Shown one piece after another: positions 52,380-62,453 of a stretch of 64,000 nt of DNA. Positions within the stretch are counted from its first letter, which is position 1, and every line of letters starts with the position of its first letter. The position numbers were made by a program, and so were the translations under genes. The stretch is from NCBI GenBank assembly GCA_963823445.1, contig CAWGLT010000016.1:11743-75742 (forward strand). Direction: 5' to 3'. Origin of the DNA: an uncultured Acidobacteriota bacterium. Lineage in GTDB: Bacteria > Acidobacteriota > Thermoanaerobaculia > Thermoanaerobaculales > Sulfomarinibacteraceae. The notes below the pieces were generated by a model. That model had not been told where the DNA came from. It was given only the letters and a program-made list of their open reading frames with translations, and did no database searches.

Positions 52380-53211
52380 CGCCGGCGCCGCCACCGCGGT
52401 CTCCTTCTGGTCGAGACACCGGACGCTCATTCTCATCGCCTGCATCGTGCTCTTCCTTCCCCCCCTCGCCGCCATCGTCCAGCTCACGGGAGATACCAAC
52501 TTCTGCGGCCGTTGGTGCCCGCGGATGTTCTTCGCGTGGCGGGAAGGCCAGACCCTGAACGAGTTCCTCATGGGCTTTGTCCGCGCCTATATGGGCGTCG
52601 CCCTGGTCGCCGCGATTCTCGTGACGACCCTCGCCTTCGGGCGCCACTGGTGCAGCCATCTGTGTCCGGTGGCGTCACCCCTCGAGCTCGGGAGCCGGTT
52701 GATCCCGAACCGGTTCAAGCTCGATTTCTCGGCGACCCCGGCGCCGTCGTTCCGCTATGGCTATCTGCTCATCTATCTCATCGCGCCCGCCATCGGGATC
52801 GGCAGCCTGTGCTGCAACTACTGCAACTTCGCCGCGGTGCCGAGGCTCTTCGCCGCACCTTTTTCCGAGGGTGATCTCATCTACTTCCTGAGATTCCAGG
52901 GGGTCGTCAATTTCGGGCTTCTTCTCTTCCTCGGGATCTTCGCCAAGGGCGGCCGGGCGTACTGCAACCTGCTCTGTCCGGTGGGAGCGCTGGATGCGCT
53001 CTCGAACAGGATCGGAGCACGGTTCGGGCGCCGAATCCGGATCGACGAGAACGCCTGCACGAATTGCGGCGACTGTTCCGCCGTCTGCCCGACATGGGCC
53101 ATCGACGTCACCGGACGAACCACCATCAACCAGCTCTCCTGCATGCCGTGCCGGCAGTGCCAGGATGTCTGCCAGCACGGAGCGATCTACTATGGCAAGC
53201 CGGCGGCTTAG
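52369..53211 (+). CDS. Membrane polyferredoxin (NapH/MauN/YccM-like 4Fe-4S binding protein)
   Basis: CxxxCP motifs (CGRWCP, CSHLCP, CNLLCP) plus two CxxCxxCxxxC ferredoxin motifs and several TMs. Confidence 0.9.
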   Translation: MNTDAGAATAVSFWSRHRTLILIACIVLFLPPLAAIVQLTGDTNFCGRWCPRMFFAWREGQTLNEFLMGFVRAYMGVALVAAILVTTLAFGRHWCSHLCPVASPLELGSRLIPNRFKLDFSATPAPSFRYGYLLIYLIAPAIGIGSLCCNYCNFAAVPRLFAAPFSEGDLIYFLRFQGVVNFGLLLFLGIFAKGGRAYCNLLCPVGALDALSNRIGARFGRRIRIDENACTNCGDCSAVCPTWAIDVTGRTTINQLSCMPCRQCQDVCQHGAIYYGKPAA

Positions 53212-53437
53212 CATCGCGGCCGGCGTCCTGGGGGTTTCGGCGGGGCTCGCGCCCTACCTGCCGACCGTCGTCTGCCCGGGGGTCGGGTGCACGTCCTGCT
53301 TTGCATGCTTCGGCGCCGGCGGCGCCGCGGCGTCGGCGTTGGTTGTGGGTCTGATTTCGCGGAAGTTCGAGAAGCACTCCTCGAGCAAAGACGGACCGGT
53401 GACTGCCACCATCAAAGGAGGATCTTCCGAAGGCTGA
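53192..53437 (+). CDS. Small membrane protein with Cx4CxxCxxC motif
   Basis: Two hydrophobic segments flank CPGVGCTSCFAC; overlaps the upstream stop codon. Confidence 0.6.
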   Translation: MASRRLSIAAGVLGVSAGLAPYLPTVVCPGVGCTSCFACFGAGGAAASALVVGLISRKFEKHSSSKDGPVTATIKGGSSEG

Positions 53438-53477
53438 CCCAATCTGAACACCACTCGCGCGCGACCTCATCGACGCG

Positions 53478-55599
53478 TCAGTAGGTCCACCCGGGATGGT
53501 TCTTCCCGTGGCACCTCAGGGTGCATTTGCCGCTGTGCGTCCCGGTGGACAGGTACTCCAGCGTCCCGTTGAACGCAGTGACGACCGAGGTGTCGAAGTT
53601 GATGAGCTTCGGGTTGTGCCGAGGCGTGTGGGTCGTGGCAGACGTTGCACGGCGTGTCTTCGCCGTTGATGTGCTTGTTGTGGTCGTCGAAGCTGGCGCC
53701 GCTGCTGATGCTGGTCCATGAGTGGCACTTGAAACACATGGCGAAGTTCGCCGTGTTGAAATTCGTGCCGTCTGCAGTGACGTAACGTCGCTCCAGCAGA
53801 TGGGGCCAATCCGAACCGTGCGGACCGTTGGCGCCCGAACCACCCGCCGCCGGACCGTCGTCGTTGTTGTGGCAGGTCGTGCAGCTCATGAGGCTGGTCT
53901 CGTCCCAGCCGTTGGCGGTGATGAGTGACGGAACGGACGCGTTGGTGCCCTGCACCGCAACCGGGTGGTACGACGCCTTGGAGCCGTCAAACTCGATCCG
54001 GACGTTGGACTCCGGGAACTGCCGCGGTGTCGGTGGCGACGGGAGATTGGGGCTGTCGGCGTGGCAGCGGAAACAGAGCTCGTACTCGTACGACGCCGGC
54101 CGCACCGCATTGCCCGCCAGATTGACGCCCTGAACCCCCGCGAGCGGTCCCGACGCCGGTCTCGGCGCGGTCGCCGGACCGGGCAGGCTGACCCGGGCCA
54201 CCGCCTCGTGCGGGCCGTGGCAGTCTTCGCACTCGACGTGACGGGTCGTCACGACGGCGGACTCACCCGGTTGGTGGACCTCCGAGGCCAACGACAATGG
54301 GTGGGCCGATGATTTCTGAAAATCGGTCCGCACATCGGCGGTCGCCGGACTGCCATCGTGGCAGGTAAGACAGAGGTTCTCTTCCAGATCCACCTGGAGC
54401 CGAGGATAGTCGCGATCGGTGTCGGCGGTATCGGGCCATCCGTGCGCCTGGTGGCAGCCGGCGCAAGAAGCCGTCTGCGACGAATCCGTGATGGCCGGAA
54501 AGGTCGATCCGTATTGACCACCGGGCCACAGCGCCCCGGTTGAACCGGAGTCGAAATGTGCCGCAGGGGTTGCGGTGTCGGCCAGGGTGTGGCACTCGAT
54601 GCACAGCCCGACACGATCCGCGCTGCGCAGCAACGAACCATCGTCCGCCGGCGAATCGTGGAGCTGATGGCAGGTCATGCAGGCGATTCGATCGTTCGGA
54701 TCGAGGGGCAGGGTCGTGGGCGGCTGGGTGCCCCCCGATGCGGGCACGGTGACGTCGACGGGGTGCGACCCTTCGTGAGCGAACTGGACGACACGGAGGC
54801 CGTGGCAGTCGTTGCACATGGCGCCCTCGTCGTTGTCGATGCGCATGAAGTGGCGGCCTTCGCCGGTTCCCGGCCCACCGTAAGGGGGCGCCGACGCATC
54901 GAAGGGCGCTTTGGCCTGATTGTGCTCGTTGTGGCAGGTCGAGCACATGGCCCGGCCGTCCTCGAGCCGGCCCGACATCTCCGGGGCGGCCGGTGGGAGG
55001 ATCTCCGTCCTGACATAGATCCTCCAGACGTCGCCGGCCACGAAAGACGGCGGCGCATCGGCGTCGAAGAAGCTCACGGTGACGCCTCCGTCGAGAGGAA
55101 CATCAACGCCGGTGGTGAGCCCGGCTCCGCCGCCGCCGAGGGTGTCGTTCCAGGAAAAAGCCGCGGCTCCCACATCTCCGGTCGAGGTCACCGTCAGGGT
55201 GTAGGTCTTGGGGAACCTGCCGGTGAACGCTCCACCGGGCGCGACCTCGCCCGGCGAGGTGTTCCCTGCGTTCGGTTGGATATGTCCCGCCGCCCCTGCA
55301 TCCCAGCGGTGCGAGGTGCCCGACGGAGTCGTCCCCGAGGGCAGCCCCGGACCGGGCAGCGCCTGGTCGGCATCGGCAAATGGGAAGCCCCCCGCCATTC
55401 CGCCGACCACATGGCAGCTCAGACAGAGATTGCCGTTGCCGCCCACGGTGGTGAGGCTTCCACCGGGGGAGCTGTGGGTCGTGTGACAGCTCGAACAGTC
55501 GATGGCCTGCGAAGCATCGTGGGCCGGGTCCAGGCCGTGGGCGGCCGGAACGACCAGAAGCAGCGCCGCCGGGAGGACGAGTCGCCCGTCCCGGAGCAT
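53478..55599 (-). CDS. Large multiheme cytochrome c (13 CxxCH + 1 Cx3CH); apparent +1 frameshift near 53620; start may be 55635 or 55641
   Basis: Heme motifs counted in the translation, with a signal peptide. The shifted frame supplies NPKLINF...CTLRCHGKNH, matching the end of the neighbouring 8-heme paralog. Confidence 0.9.
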
Positions 55600-55609
55600 C
55601 CGCCGCAGG

Positions 55610-56608
55610 CTACGGGATCGATTCAGACCAGGCATGGACATCTCCAGACTCGAACCCGTCGTTGAAAATCGACCCACCCGGCGGCGGGATCGTGAAATCG
55701 TCGAGACCGAAGACCTCGAGTCGACCACTGTTCACCGACGAGACGAAGAGTCGATTGGTGGTGTCGATGACCATTCCGAACGGCGTCCGAAACTGCCCGG
55801 GTCGATCACCGAGACTGCCGATGAACGCCAACTCGGCTCCGGCTCCGTCGAAGACCTTGACGTGCCCCTGGAACGCATCGGCGACGTACACCCTGCCGAC
55901 CCTGTCCCCCACGAGGCCCTGAATCCTGCCGAAGTTCCGATTGCCCCCGCCCTGAGCCCCGAAACAGCGGAGAAAGAGCCCGCTGCGGTCGAAGACCTGA
56001 ACCCGGTCGTTGTTCTGGTCTCCGACAAAGACCTCGCCGTCGGGGCTGACCCACACGGCGGACGGGAAATCGAACTCGCCCGGACCGGTTCCCGACCCAC
56101 CGAAGGAGCGGACCAGTTGGCCGTCGGGACCGTAGACCTTGATGAGGTCCGCCCCGCCGTCGGCGACAAAGACGAGGCCGAGCCCGGGATCCGGGTCGAC
56201 CGCCATATCGGTTACCGCGACAAACTCGCCGGCGCCGGCGCCGAGGGCGCCTGCCGGCTGCCACAGCGGATCGAAGATGTTCACCCGCCCGGTCGAATCA
56301 TCGCTGACGAGAATATTGTCGAAGGCATCCACCGCAACCGCCACCGGGACGCCGAGATCGTGGTGGACCGCGACCACGCCGCCATGGACATCCCGGACGA
56401 CCACCGCGCCCCTCGTCGGCTCGGCAACGTAGATCCTGTCGCCCGAATCCACCGCCAGACGCGCCGGCGCCCGCTGGCCGTGGGGTTCGGAACTCAGGAA
56501 CTCGACATCGGGAGGCGGCAGAACCGGCGTCCCGCCCCAGGCGCAGACTTGCGCGGACGCTGTTCCCGGCGGACCGAGGACGACCGCCGCGAGGACGATG
56601 AGCATCAT
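55610..56608 (-). CDS. NHL-repeat beta-propeller protein with C-terminal IFNDGFESG tail
   Basis: GSGTGPGEFDFP, NDRVQVFD and PGQFRTPFGM; signal peptide; start uncertain. Confidence 0.88.
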   Translation of the reverse strand: MMLIVLAAVVLGPPGTASAQVCAWGGTPVLPPPDVEFLSSEPHGQRAPARLAVDSGDRIYVAEPTRGAVVVRDVHGGVVAVHHDLGVPVAVAVDAFDNILVSDDSTGRVNIFDPLWQPAGALGAGAGEFVAVTDMAVDPDPGLGLVFVADGGADLIKVYGPDGQLVRSFGGSGTGPGEFDFPSAVWVSPDGEVFVGDQNNDRVQVFDRSGLFLRCFGAQGGGNRNFGRIQGLVGDRVGRVYVADAFQGHVKVFDGAGAELAFIGSLGDRPGQFRTPFGMVIDTTNRLFVSSVNSGRLEVFGLDDFTIPPPGGSIFNDGFESGDVHAWSESIP

Positions 56609-56855
56609 CAGACAGAGAGCTCCATCGACCCCGGCGGCGCCAGCTCGATGTGCGCTCGCGAAGCCCGGTCCGCCTTCAACCGCTGATGAGCGTCTCACCC
56701 CGACATCCCTTCTCCAACGCCGATCGAAGCATTGATCGATAACGGTTCCGAATAACGATCTTCGCGAAAGCGCCACCCGCTTTCAGTGCCGCGGATCACC
56801 AACCACCTCGAACCCGCGCGGGTCACGGCGCCGTAACGAGTGGAGTCGCAGGGCC

Positions 56856-57986
56856 TCACTGTCGCCTGCTTTCGGGTCTGTCGTCCGGCCGCGGCGCCGC
56901 CTGGGTGCCTGGAGGATGGAGGCCAAGGCCTCCGTCGCGCTGGGGATCGGCGAACCTGGGTCGACCTTCGGCGTTGAACATCGGCCCGTAACCGAGGGGG
57001 TCGTGATCGACACCGTGGCAGGTCAGATAGCAGCCCCCCATCCCCGCCGCCTCGGAGCTGTATTCGAGCCGCCCCGAGCTCGAGGCCAGCACGCCGGTGA
57101 TCGCGGTGGGTTCGTTGAAGCGGATGAGGGCCCGCCCGGCGGTCGCGCCGTGCGCATCGTGGCACAGGACGCACGCAGAGCGTTGCTCGACGACGTGCAG
57201 CCGGTGATAGGGAAAGGGATCGGAATCGAGGACGATCCTTCGATCGTGGCACTGGTAGCACAGAGCGTAGGAGGCTTCGGATTCCGGCTGTCCGTCCTGC
57301 AGGGAGTAATCGGCGCCGAGCAGCCCCGGCACCCGGCTCCCGTGCGGTCCGCGCGCACCTCGGAGATCATCGTTGGTGTGGCAGTCGGAACAGTTGATGA
57401 GGGAATCCGACGTCAGCGGAGGCAACAGGCTCGGGACCTCGCCGACACCGATGGCGAGAACCGGGTGGAACGAGGGATTCCTCGAATCGAAGAGCAGACC
57501 GATGTCATGGGGATCCGAGACCATGGCCGATCGGGTTCCATGGCACGAGAGGCAGAGATCCGCCTCGCTGGCAAAGCCCCGTTTCGGAGAGGGCTTCTGC
57601 CGTCCGAGGCCGAAGTCGGTTCCGGCCGCCCCCGGGAGTCGGCCGACGCCATGGACACTGTGGCAGTCGACGCATCGCGTTCCGCGGTGGATCACCGGTT
57701 TGACCATCTCGACGCGGATGTCCGCCGGATCGGCGCCGGAGTCCATCCCGAGAGCTTCACGACGGCCGGGCTCGGCGGCTCCCGCCTGGTGGCACTCGAT
57801 GCACATGAGGTCGCTCTCGGTTTTCAACATGGGTGTTCGGGCGGCCCCGTGACCCCGATGGCAGGGCATACAGTCTTCGGCGAGCTTGCCGGGCTCGAAG
57901 TGTTTGCCGAGATCAACGGCTGAAGCGCCCGGGGCGATCAGGAGGATGACCGCCGCGGCCGTTCTCAGGAATGACACGCGATGCAT
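56856..57986 (-). CDS. Octaheme cytochrome c (7 CxxCH + 1 Cx3CH)
   Basis: Signal peptide; CMPCH, CIECH, CVDCH, CLSCH, CSDCH, CYQCH, CVLCH and CYLTCH. Confidence 0.9.
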   Translation of the reverse strand: MHRVSFLRTAAAVILLIAPGASAVDLGKHFEPGKLAEDCMPCHRGHGAARTPMLKTESDLMCIECHQAGAAEPGRREALGMDSGADPADIRVEMVKPVIHRGTRCVDCHSVHGVGRLPGAAGTDFGLGRQKPSPKRGFASEADLCLSCHGTRSAMVSDPHDIGLLFDSRNPSFHPVLAIGVGEVPSLLPPLTSDSLINCSDCHTNDDLRGARGPHGSRVPGLLGADYSLQDGQPESEASYALCYQCHDRRIVLDSDPFPYHRLHVVEQRSACVLCHDAHGATAGRALIRFNEPTAITGVLASSSGRLEYSSEAAGMGGCYLTCHGVDHDPLGYGPMFNAEGRPRFADPQRDGGLGLHPPGTQAAPRPDDRPESRRQ

Positions 57987-58618
57987 AGCTCCCCCGGTTT
58001 CGCGGTGAGAAGGAAATTGCCGTAAGGATCGCGATGGGGATCGTGGCAGGTCGTGCACTGGATCCGATTCTCCTTGTCGAGCTTCGCGACGGGGTGGGTG
58101 CGCATCTCGGACAGCGATCTCAGAGGCACATCGCCCTTGGAGTTGTTGGTCGTGACCAGGTGGTCCGTCACCGTGAAGGAGACCGGGTGATCACCGCTGA
58201 GATCGCGGCCGAGATTCGACTCCGAGGTCGACGGCATGGTCGTGATCCCACCCTGCATCGCGATCCGACCCGACGAGACGGTCGATCCGAGCGCAATCGT
58301 TCCGTCGTGGCAGGACAGGCAGAGCTTCGACGAACCGTTGGGCTGCGGCGCTTCCCCCACGGAACCATAGGCGTCCATGGTCTCGCTCCAGTACATCTGG
58401 TAGCTGCCGCCCGGGTCCTCCCGGTTCCACAACGGCGCCTGGAAAGCGGCATTGTGGGTCGTGTGGCAGAAGACGCAGATCCTGGTCTCGGACACGGCCC
58501 TGACGGCGCCCGGACCGGTCACCGAGAGATTGTGCGCGGTGTCGCGGACGCTGTCCTGGGCCGAGGCCGGAAAAGCCAGCCCGATCGCCACCACCAGGGC
58601 AATTGATAGACGTCTCAT
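57965..58618 (-). CDS. Tetraheme cytochrome c, OmcE-like (copy 2)
   Basis: HNLS, ICVFCHTTHN, PLWNR, CLSCHDG, NLGRDLSGDHP, CTTCHDPH and LCIACH; ATGA coupling to the upstream NHL gene. Confidence 0.88.
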   Translation of the reverse strand: MRRLSIALVVAIGLAFPASAQDSVRDTAHNLSVTGPGAVRAVSETRICVFCHTTHNAAFQAPLWNREDPGGSYQMYWSETMDAYGSVGEAPQPNGSSKLCLSCHDGTIALGSTVSSGRIAMQGGITTMPSTSESNLGRDLSGDHPVSFTVTDHLVTTNNSKGDVPLRSLSEMRTHPVAKLDKENRIQCTTCHDPHRDPYGNFLLTAKPGELCIACHS

Positions 58619-59622
58619 TTTCGGTGATCCCTCCGCCGGTATTGCATGAGTTGGACCCGGCGATTCCCGGTGTCCGCCACGGCCAGACGGCCGCGCCGAT
58701 CGATGGCGAGACCACCGGGCGTCCAGAACTCGCCGGCCGAGAACCCACGGCCGCCGATGACGAGAAGCAACCGCCCTTCCTGATCGAAGACCTGGACCGC
58801 GTCGAAGCGTGCGTCGGAGACATAGAGGTGGCCGTCGGGGTCGATCGCCAGCCCCTTGGCGAGTGCGAAATGACCGGATCCGTCGCCATGCTGGCCGAAC
58901 TGCGACAGATACCGAAGCCCGGCGTCGAATTGCTGGACGCGGAAGTTGAAGGGGTCGAGGACCCAGATCGTGCCGTCCGGCGCTTCGGCAACGGCGGTCG
59001 GAGTGTTGAACTCGCCATCGCCGGATCCGGGTGCTCCCGACCTCGCCACCTCGAGTCCGCTGCTGCTGACCCGAACGACCTGCCCGGCCTCGGCGTCGGT
59101 GATGAGCACGTCGCCGTTGGCGCAGACCGCGATCCCACCACAACGCTGCACCAGGCCCTGACCCACCACGCCGCCGAGCAGCGAGCCTTTGAGGTCGAAT
59201 GCGAAGACCGTCCCGAGCTCCCGATCGGCAACCAGGATCCTGCCCCCATCCGGAGTCGAGGCGATGGCGACCGGTTGCACGCCGTCGGGCAGCTTCAGCC
59301 TCAGCGCGGAGCTTCCGTCGGTCTTGCCGCCGATCACCCAGTTCATCGCGGTGTCCACCACGAAAACCCGGTCGCCGGCGAGAGCCACGGCAACGGGCCG
59401 CGGCAGCGGCAACGTCTGCTGGCGCCTCTCGGCGCCGGCCACCGCGCGGAAGATCCGGCCGAGACCCTTGGGGCGAAACTCGTCGACGACGGCCTGCCAG
59501 GCAACCTCGGCCGGTGCGTCGGCCGAAGCCGGCGGCCAAACCGGGCCGTCTGCGCCCACCGCCGGGGGGAGCAGGCAACCCGCCCCGAAGAGCATCGCCA
59601 GTGCGGTCCGTTGCGCCCTCAT
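58615..59622 (-). CDS. NHL-repeat beta-propeller protein
   Basis: GDGEFNTPTAVA, NFRVQQFD, GEFWTPGGLAID and DTGNRRVQ; PVWP motif after the signal peptide. Confidence 0.9.
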   Translation of the reverse strand: MRAQRTALAMLFGAGCLLPPAVGADGPVWPPASADAPAEVAWQAVVDEFRPKGLGRIFRAVAGAERRQQTLPLPRPVAVALAGDRVFVVDTAMNWVIGGKTDGSSALRLKLPDGVQPVAIASTPDGGRILVADRELGTVFAFDLKGSLLGGVVGQGLVQRCGGIAVCANGDVLITDAEAGQVVRVSSSGLEVARSGAPGSGDGEFNTPTAVAEAPDGTIWVLDPFNFRVQQFDAGLRYLSQFGQHGDGSGHFALAKGLAIDPDGHLYVSDARFDAVQVFDQEGRLLLVIGGRGFSAGEFWTPGGLAIDRRGRLAVADTGNRRVQLMQYRRRDHRK

Positions 59623-61379
59623 CTTCGGTAGTCTCCGGCTCTGATGTTGAACAATCGTCTCACGCCGACCCAGATCCTCCTGTAGCTGCGCCGTTCGAGC
59701 CCCGCCTCTTCGGTGCGCTGCTCTCGGACCCGCGCATAGAAGGAAAGCTTGGCGTAGTTGAACCGCATTCCGAGCTCGGCGAACTCATACGTCCCGATAT
59801 GATCGAAGATCCTGCGTTCCTCGGAACGTACGAAACCGTCGAAGATCAGCCAGTAGGTCGGCCCCCAGCTGATACTCGCCTGCCACACATCGGTCAGGGT
59901 CGGGACCTCGCTTCCGGTCATCTCGAAGCGGTCGGCGGACGCTCCGATGGTCACCGTCCCGAGCGCGATGTTGAGCTGGGCGCGGGCGACATCCTCCTCG
60001 ATCTCGAAACCCCGGTCCACGCGCACCCGGTTGCGATAATCCAAATCGAGCGAGAGCGCGGTCCGCCGGGTCGGCCGGACCTCGAAGATGAGCCTTCCGC
60101 GGGTGCGCCGCCGGTCCAAACCGGCGAGGAACGAGCTCCCGATGGACGGTTCTCCGGTGCTGGAGTCCGGGATCGAAAGCTGGTTGTCGAAGTACTCGAC
60201 CTCGAAGGTGACGCTCGAGCGCGGGAGCTGGTAGCGGACCGACCCGAAAACCAACGATCCGAAGGCCGACTCCTGCTCGAGGCTCTCGGGGTCGGCCCGG
60301 AGATAGGTCACCCGCGGGTAGAGCGACAGCCACCAGCGGCCGTACTGCTTGCCCCATCGCACGCCGAGGCCCGCACGCGGTTGGCTGAGCCGCAGGCCGT
60401 CTCCGAACTCGTTGCTGAGGTAGCCCACTTCGCCCTCGAGAAAGGTCGATCGACCGAGGGGCGCCACCACGCTTCCCGAGGCGTTACCCGTGATGATCTC
60501 TTCGACCGGATCGGACTCGAACCTGACCACCCTCAGATCCGCCCGCAGGTCCCAGAAACCGAGCTGACTGTAGCGATGGCGCAGCTGGTTTCTGAAGAGG
60601 TAGTTCGTCGTCCACGGCGAAAACTCGCCGTGCTCCTGAGCGGAACGATAGATGTTGCCGATGAGATCGGTGTGCCAGTAGACCCGCCCGGTCCGGTTGA
60701 CGTCGATGTCGAGGCGACCGCTGCCGATCTCCTGCTGCAGACCGCCGCCGAAGAGATCGTTCTCCTTCCAAAGGAGTTGGAGAAGGGCATCCACCTTGCC
60801 GACCTCGGCCTGGGTCGAAAGCTCGCTCCACGTGATGTCGTCGTCGCGCAGGGTCTCCGGCTGATCCGCGTTGAAGCTCTGCTCCCAGTGCCGAAGATTG
60901 AGACGGAACCACTCACCGCCGAGGGCTCGGAGGCCGTACCGTTGATAGTCACGCACCCCGTCGACGATCGCACCCTGTTGGAGACCCGTGACATCGGTTC
61001 CCTGGCGACCCGCACCGACTTCGAACGAGATCGCACGGTTGTTGAAGAACCGCAGCGACCCGTCGTAGTAGGTGTCGTCGACCTTGTTGTCCTGCTGACC
61101 GGAGATCGTCTGGTTCGACAGGGTCTTTGCGATACTGGCATCGAAGGTCATGAACCTCGGATCGACGAGGTGCCCGGCGACGGCGGCCCAGAGAACGGTC
61201 TGGAGATTCGACCTGGTTGCCGACTCGCCGGCGACCTCCTGCGAGTCGCTCAGGTACTCAGCCGAGAGACCCAGGGTGAACATCGCCCCGCTCGAGGCCC
61301 AGGCGGACCCGGCGATGCCCCACAGGCAGATCGCAGCGCAAAGCCGGCGGGCTCCGGGGTTCAGAATCTCTCGGCGCAT
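59619..61379 (-). CDS. Putative outer-membrane beta-barrel (porin-cytochrome-type conduit or secretion channel)
   Basis: Signal peptide; alternating amphipathic beta-strands rich in aromatic residues; ends IWVGVRRLF; context within the cytochrome operon. Confidence 0.7.
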   Translation of the reverse strand: MRREILNPGARRLCAAICLWGIAGSAWASSGAMFTLGLSAEYLSDSQEVAGESATRSNLQTVLWAAVAGHLVDPRFMTFDASIAKTLSNQTISGQQDNKVDDTYYDGSLRFFNNRAISFEVGAGRQGTDVTGLQQGAIVDGVRDYQRYGLRALGGEWFRLNLRHWEQSFNADQPETLRDDDITWSELSTQAEVGKVDALLQLLWKENDLFGGGLQQEIGSGRLDIDVNRTGRVYWHTDLIGNIYRSAQEHGEFSPWTTNYLFRNQLRHRYSQLGFWDLRADLRVVRFESDPVEEIITGNASGSVVAPLGRSTFLEGEVGYLSNEFGDGLRLSQPRAGLGVRWGKQYGRWWLSLYPRVTYLRADPESLEQESAFGSLVFGSVRYQLPRSSVTFEVEYFDNQLSIPDSSTGEPSIGSSFLAGLDRRRTRGRLIFEVRPTRRTALSLDLDYRNRVRVDRGFEIEEDVARAQLNIALGTVTIGASADRFEMTGSEVPTLTDVWQASISWGPTYWLIFDGFVRSEERRIFDHIGTYEFAELGMRFNYAKLSFYARVREQRTEEAGLERRSYRRIWVGVRRLFNIRAGDYRR

Positions 61380-62440
61380 TCCCGGACCTCGATCTCCGCG
61401 CCGGCAAGCAACCCCTCTTCGAATTCATCGAGCCGGCCTTGCCGCTTCTCCCTCGTGATCCGCTCCTCCACCGCACCGCGGACGGCGGCGAGCTCGATCG
61501 GTTGGGACGGACGCGTGCTGATCACTTGCAGGACATGATACCCATAGATCGATTTCACCGGATCGATCACCTCTCCGACCTCCGCCGAGAAGACCGCCTC
61601 GTCGATGGCGGGCAGGAGCGATCCCCGGTGGACAAAGCCCATGTCTCCGACCTCATCGTGGAACCGAGGGGGGAGGCTCTCGAGATCGGTTTTCCCGACG
61701 ACGAGCAGCGAGGCGTCCCCTTGGCGGGCTTCTTCGGCAAGCCGGCGCGATCTGCCCTCGGCCTCCCGCCACGCTTCCCCGGTCGCCGACGGGGGTACGT
61801 GAACGAGAATGTGGGTCACGTGGCGCGCCTCCGGGGTCACGTAGTCGCCGCTGTGGATGATGAAATAGACCTCGACCTCGGTGTCGGTTGGCGGGGCGAC
61901 GCTGGAAACCACGAGCTCGTCGACGGCGTCGGCCACCGCGTCCCGGCGGAAGGCCAGCCGGAAGGCCTCCTCCGAGATACCCTTGGTTTCGAGGGCGGCG
62001 CGGTATTGCTTCTCGCTGGTGAATCGCGCCCGCACTTCCTGCCATGCCGCCGCCTCGGCTGCTTCATCGACATCGACGGGGTTCTCATGCGCCCACTGCC
62101 GTTTGAGCTCCCTCAGCACCAACTCGCCGAGGGCCTCGCACCTGAGTTCGGTCTTGCGCTCCTGGGAGATCTGCCGGTGGTAGCTCCCAGCCGAAATCCG
62201 CCCGGCCAGTTCGCGATCGAGCTCCCATGCTTCGAGAGCCCGGCCGTTGACGGTCGCGGCCGGGTCGGCCGGCGCGGCCGATTCCGCAAACGGCGTCACC
62301 CCGGGCGCGACCGAAACGAAGCTCAGGACCGCGCCGAGGATGAGCCTGCCGAGCGCACCTCGCCGCTTGCCGGGAGAGACCCGGGGAAAAAAGACACGGG
62401 AGACGAGGTGATCGTCTCCCGCGTCGCGAGCGTGCGTCAT
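61361..62440 (-). CDS. SurA/PpiC-type peptidyl-prolyl isomerase chaperone
   Basis: AATVNG, HILV and GDMGFVHRGSLLPAIDEAVF...GYHVLQV. Confidence 0.9.
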   Translation of the reverse strand: MTHARDAGDDHLVSRVFFPRVSPGKRRGALGRLILGAVLSFVSVAPGVTPFAESAAPADPAATVNGRALEAWELDRELAGRISAGSYHRQISQERKTELRCEALGELVLRELKRQWAHENPVDVDEAAEAAAWQEVRARFTSEKQYRAALETKGISEEAFRLAFRRDAVADAVDELVVSSVAPPTDTEVEVYFIIHSGDYVTPEARHVTHILVHVPPSATGEAWREAEGRSRRLAEEARQGDASLLVVGKTDLESLPPRFHDEVGDMGFVHRGSLLPAIDEAVFSAEVGEVIDPVKSIYGYHVLQVISTRPSQPIELAAVRGAVEERITREKRQGRLDEFEEGLLAGAEIEVRECAERF

Positions 62441-62453
62441 CAAGGGAATCGGA

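Noticed and set aside
52369-53437. hgcAB mercury methylation or nap/nos operon
   Set aside because: No HgcA cap-helix motif and no catalytic nap/nos subunits in the window.
59619-61379. MtrB/MtrA module
   Set aside because: No decaheme MtrA/DmsE-type partner and no recognisable MtrB signature; kept as a generic barrel.
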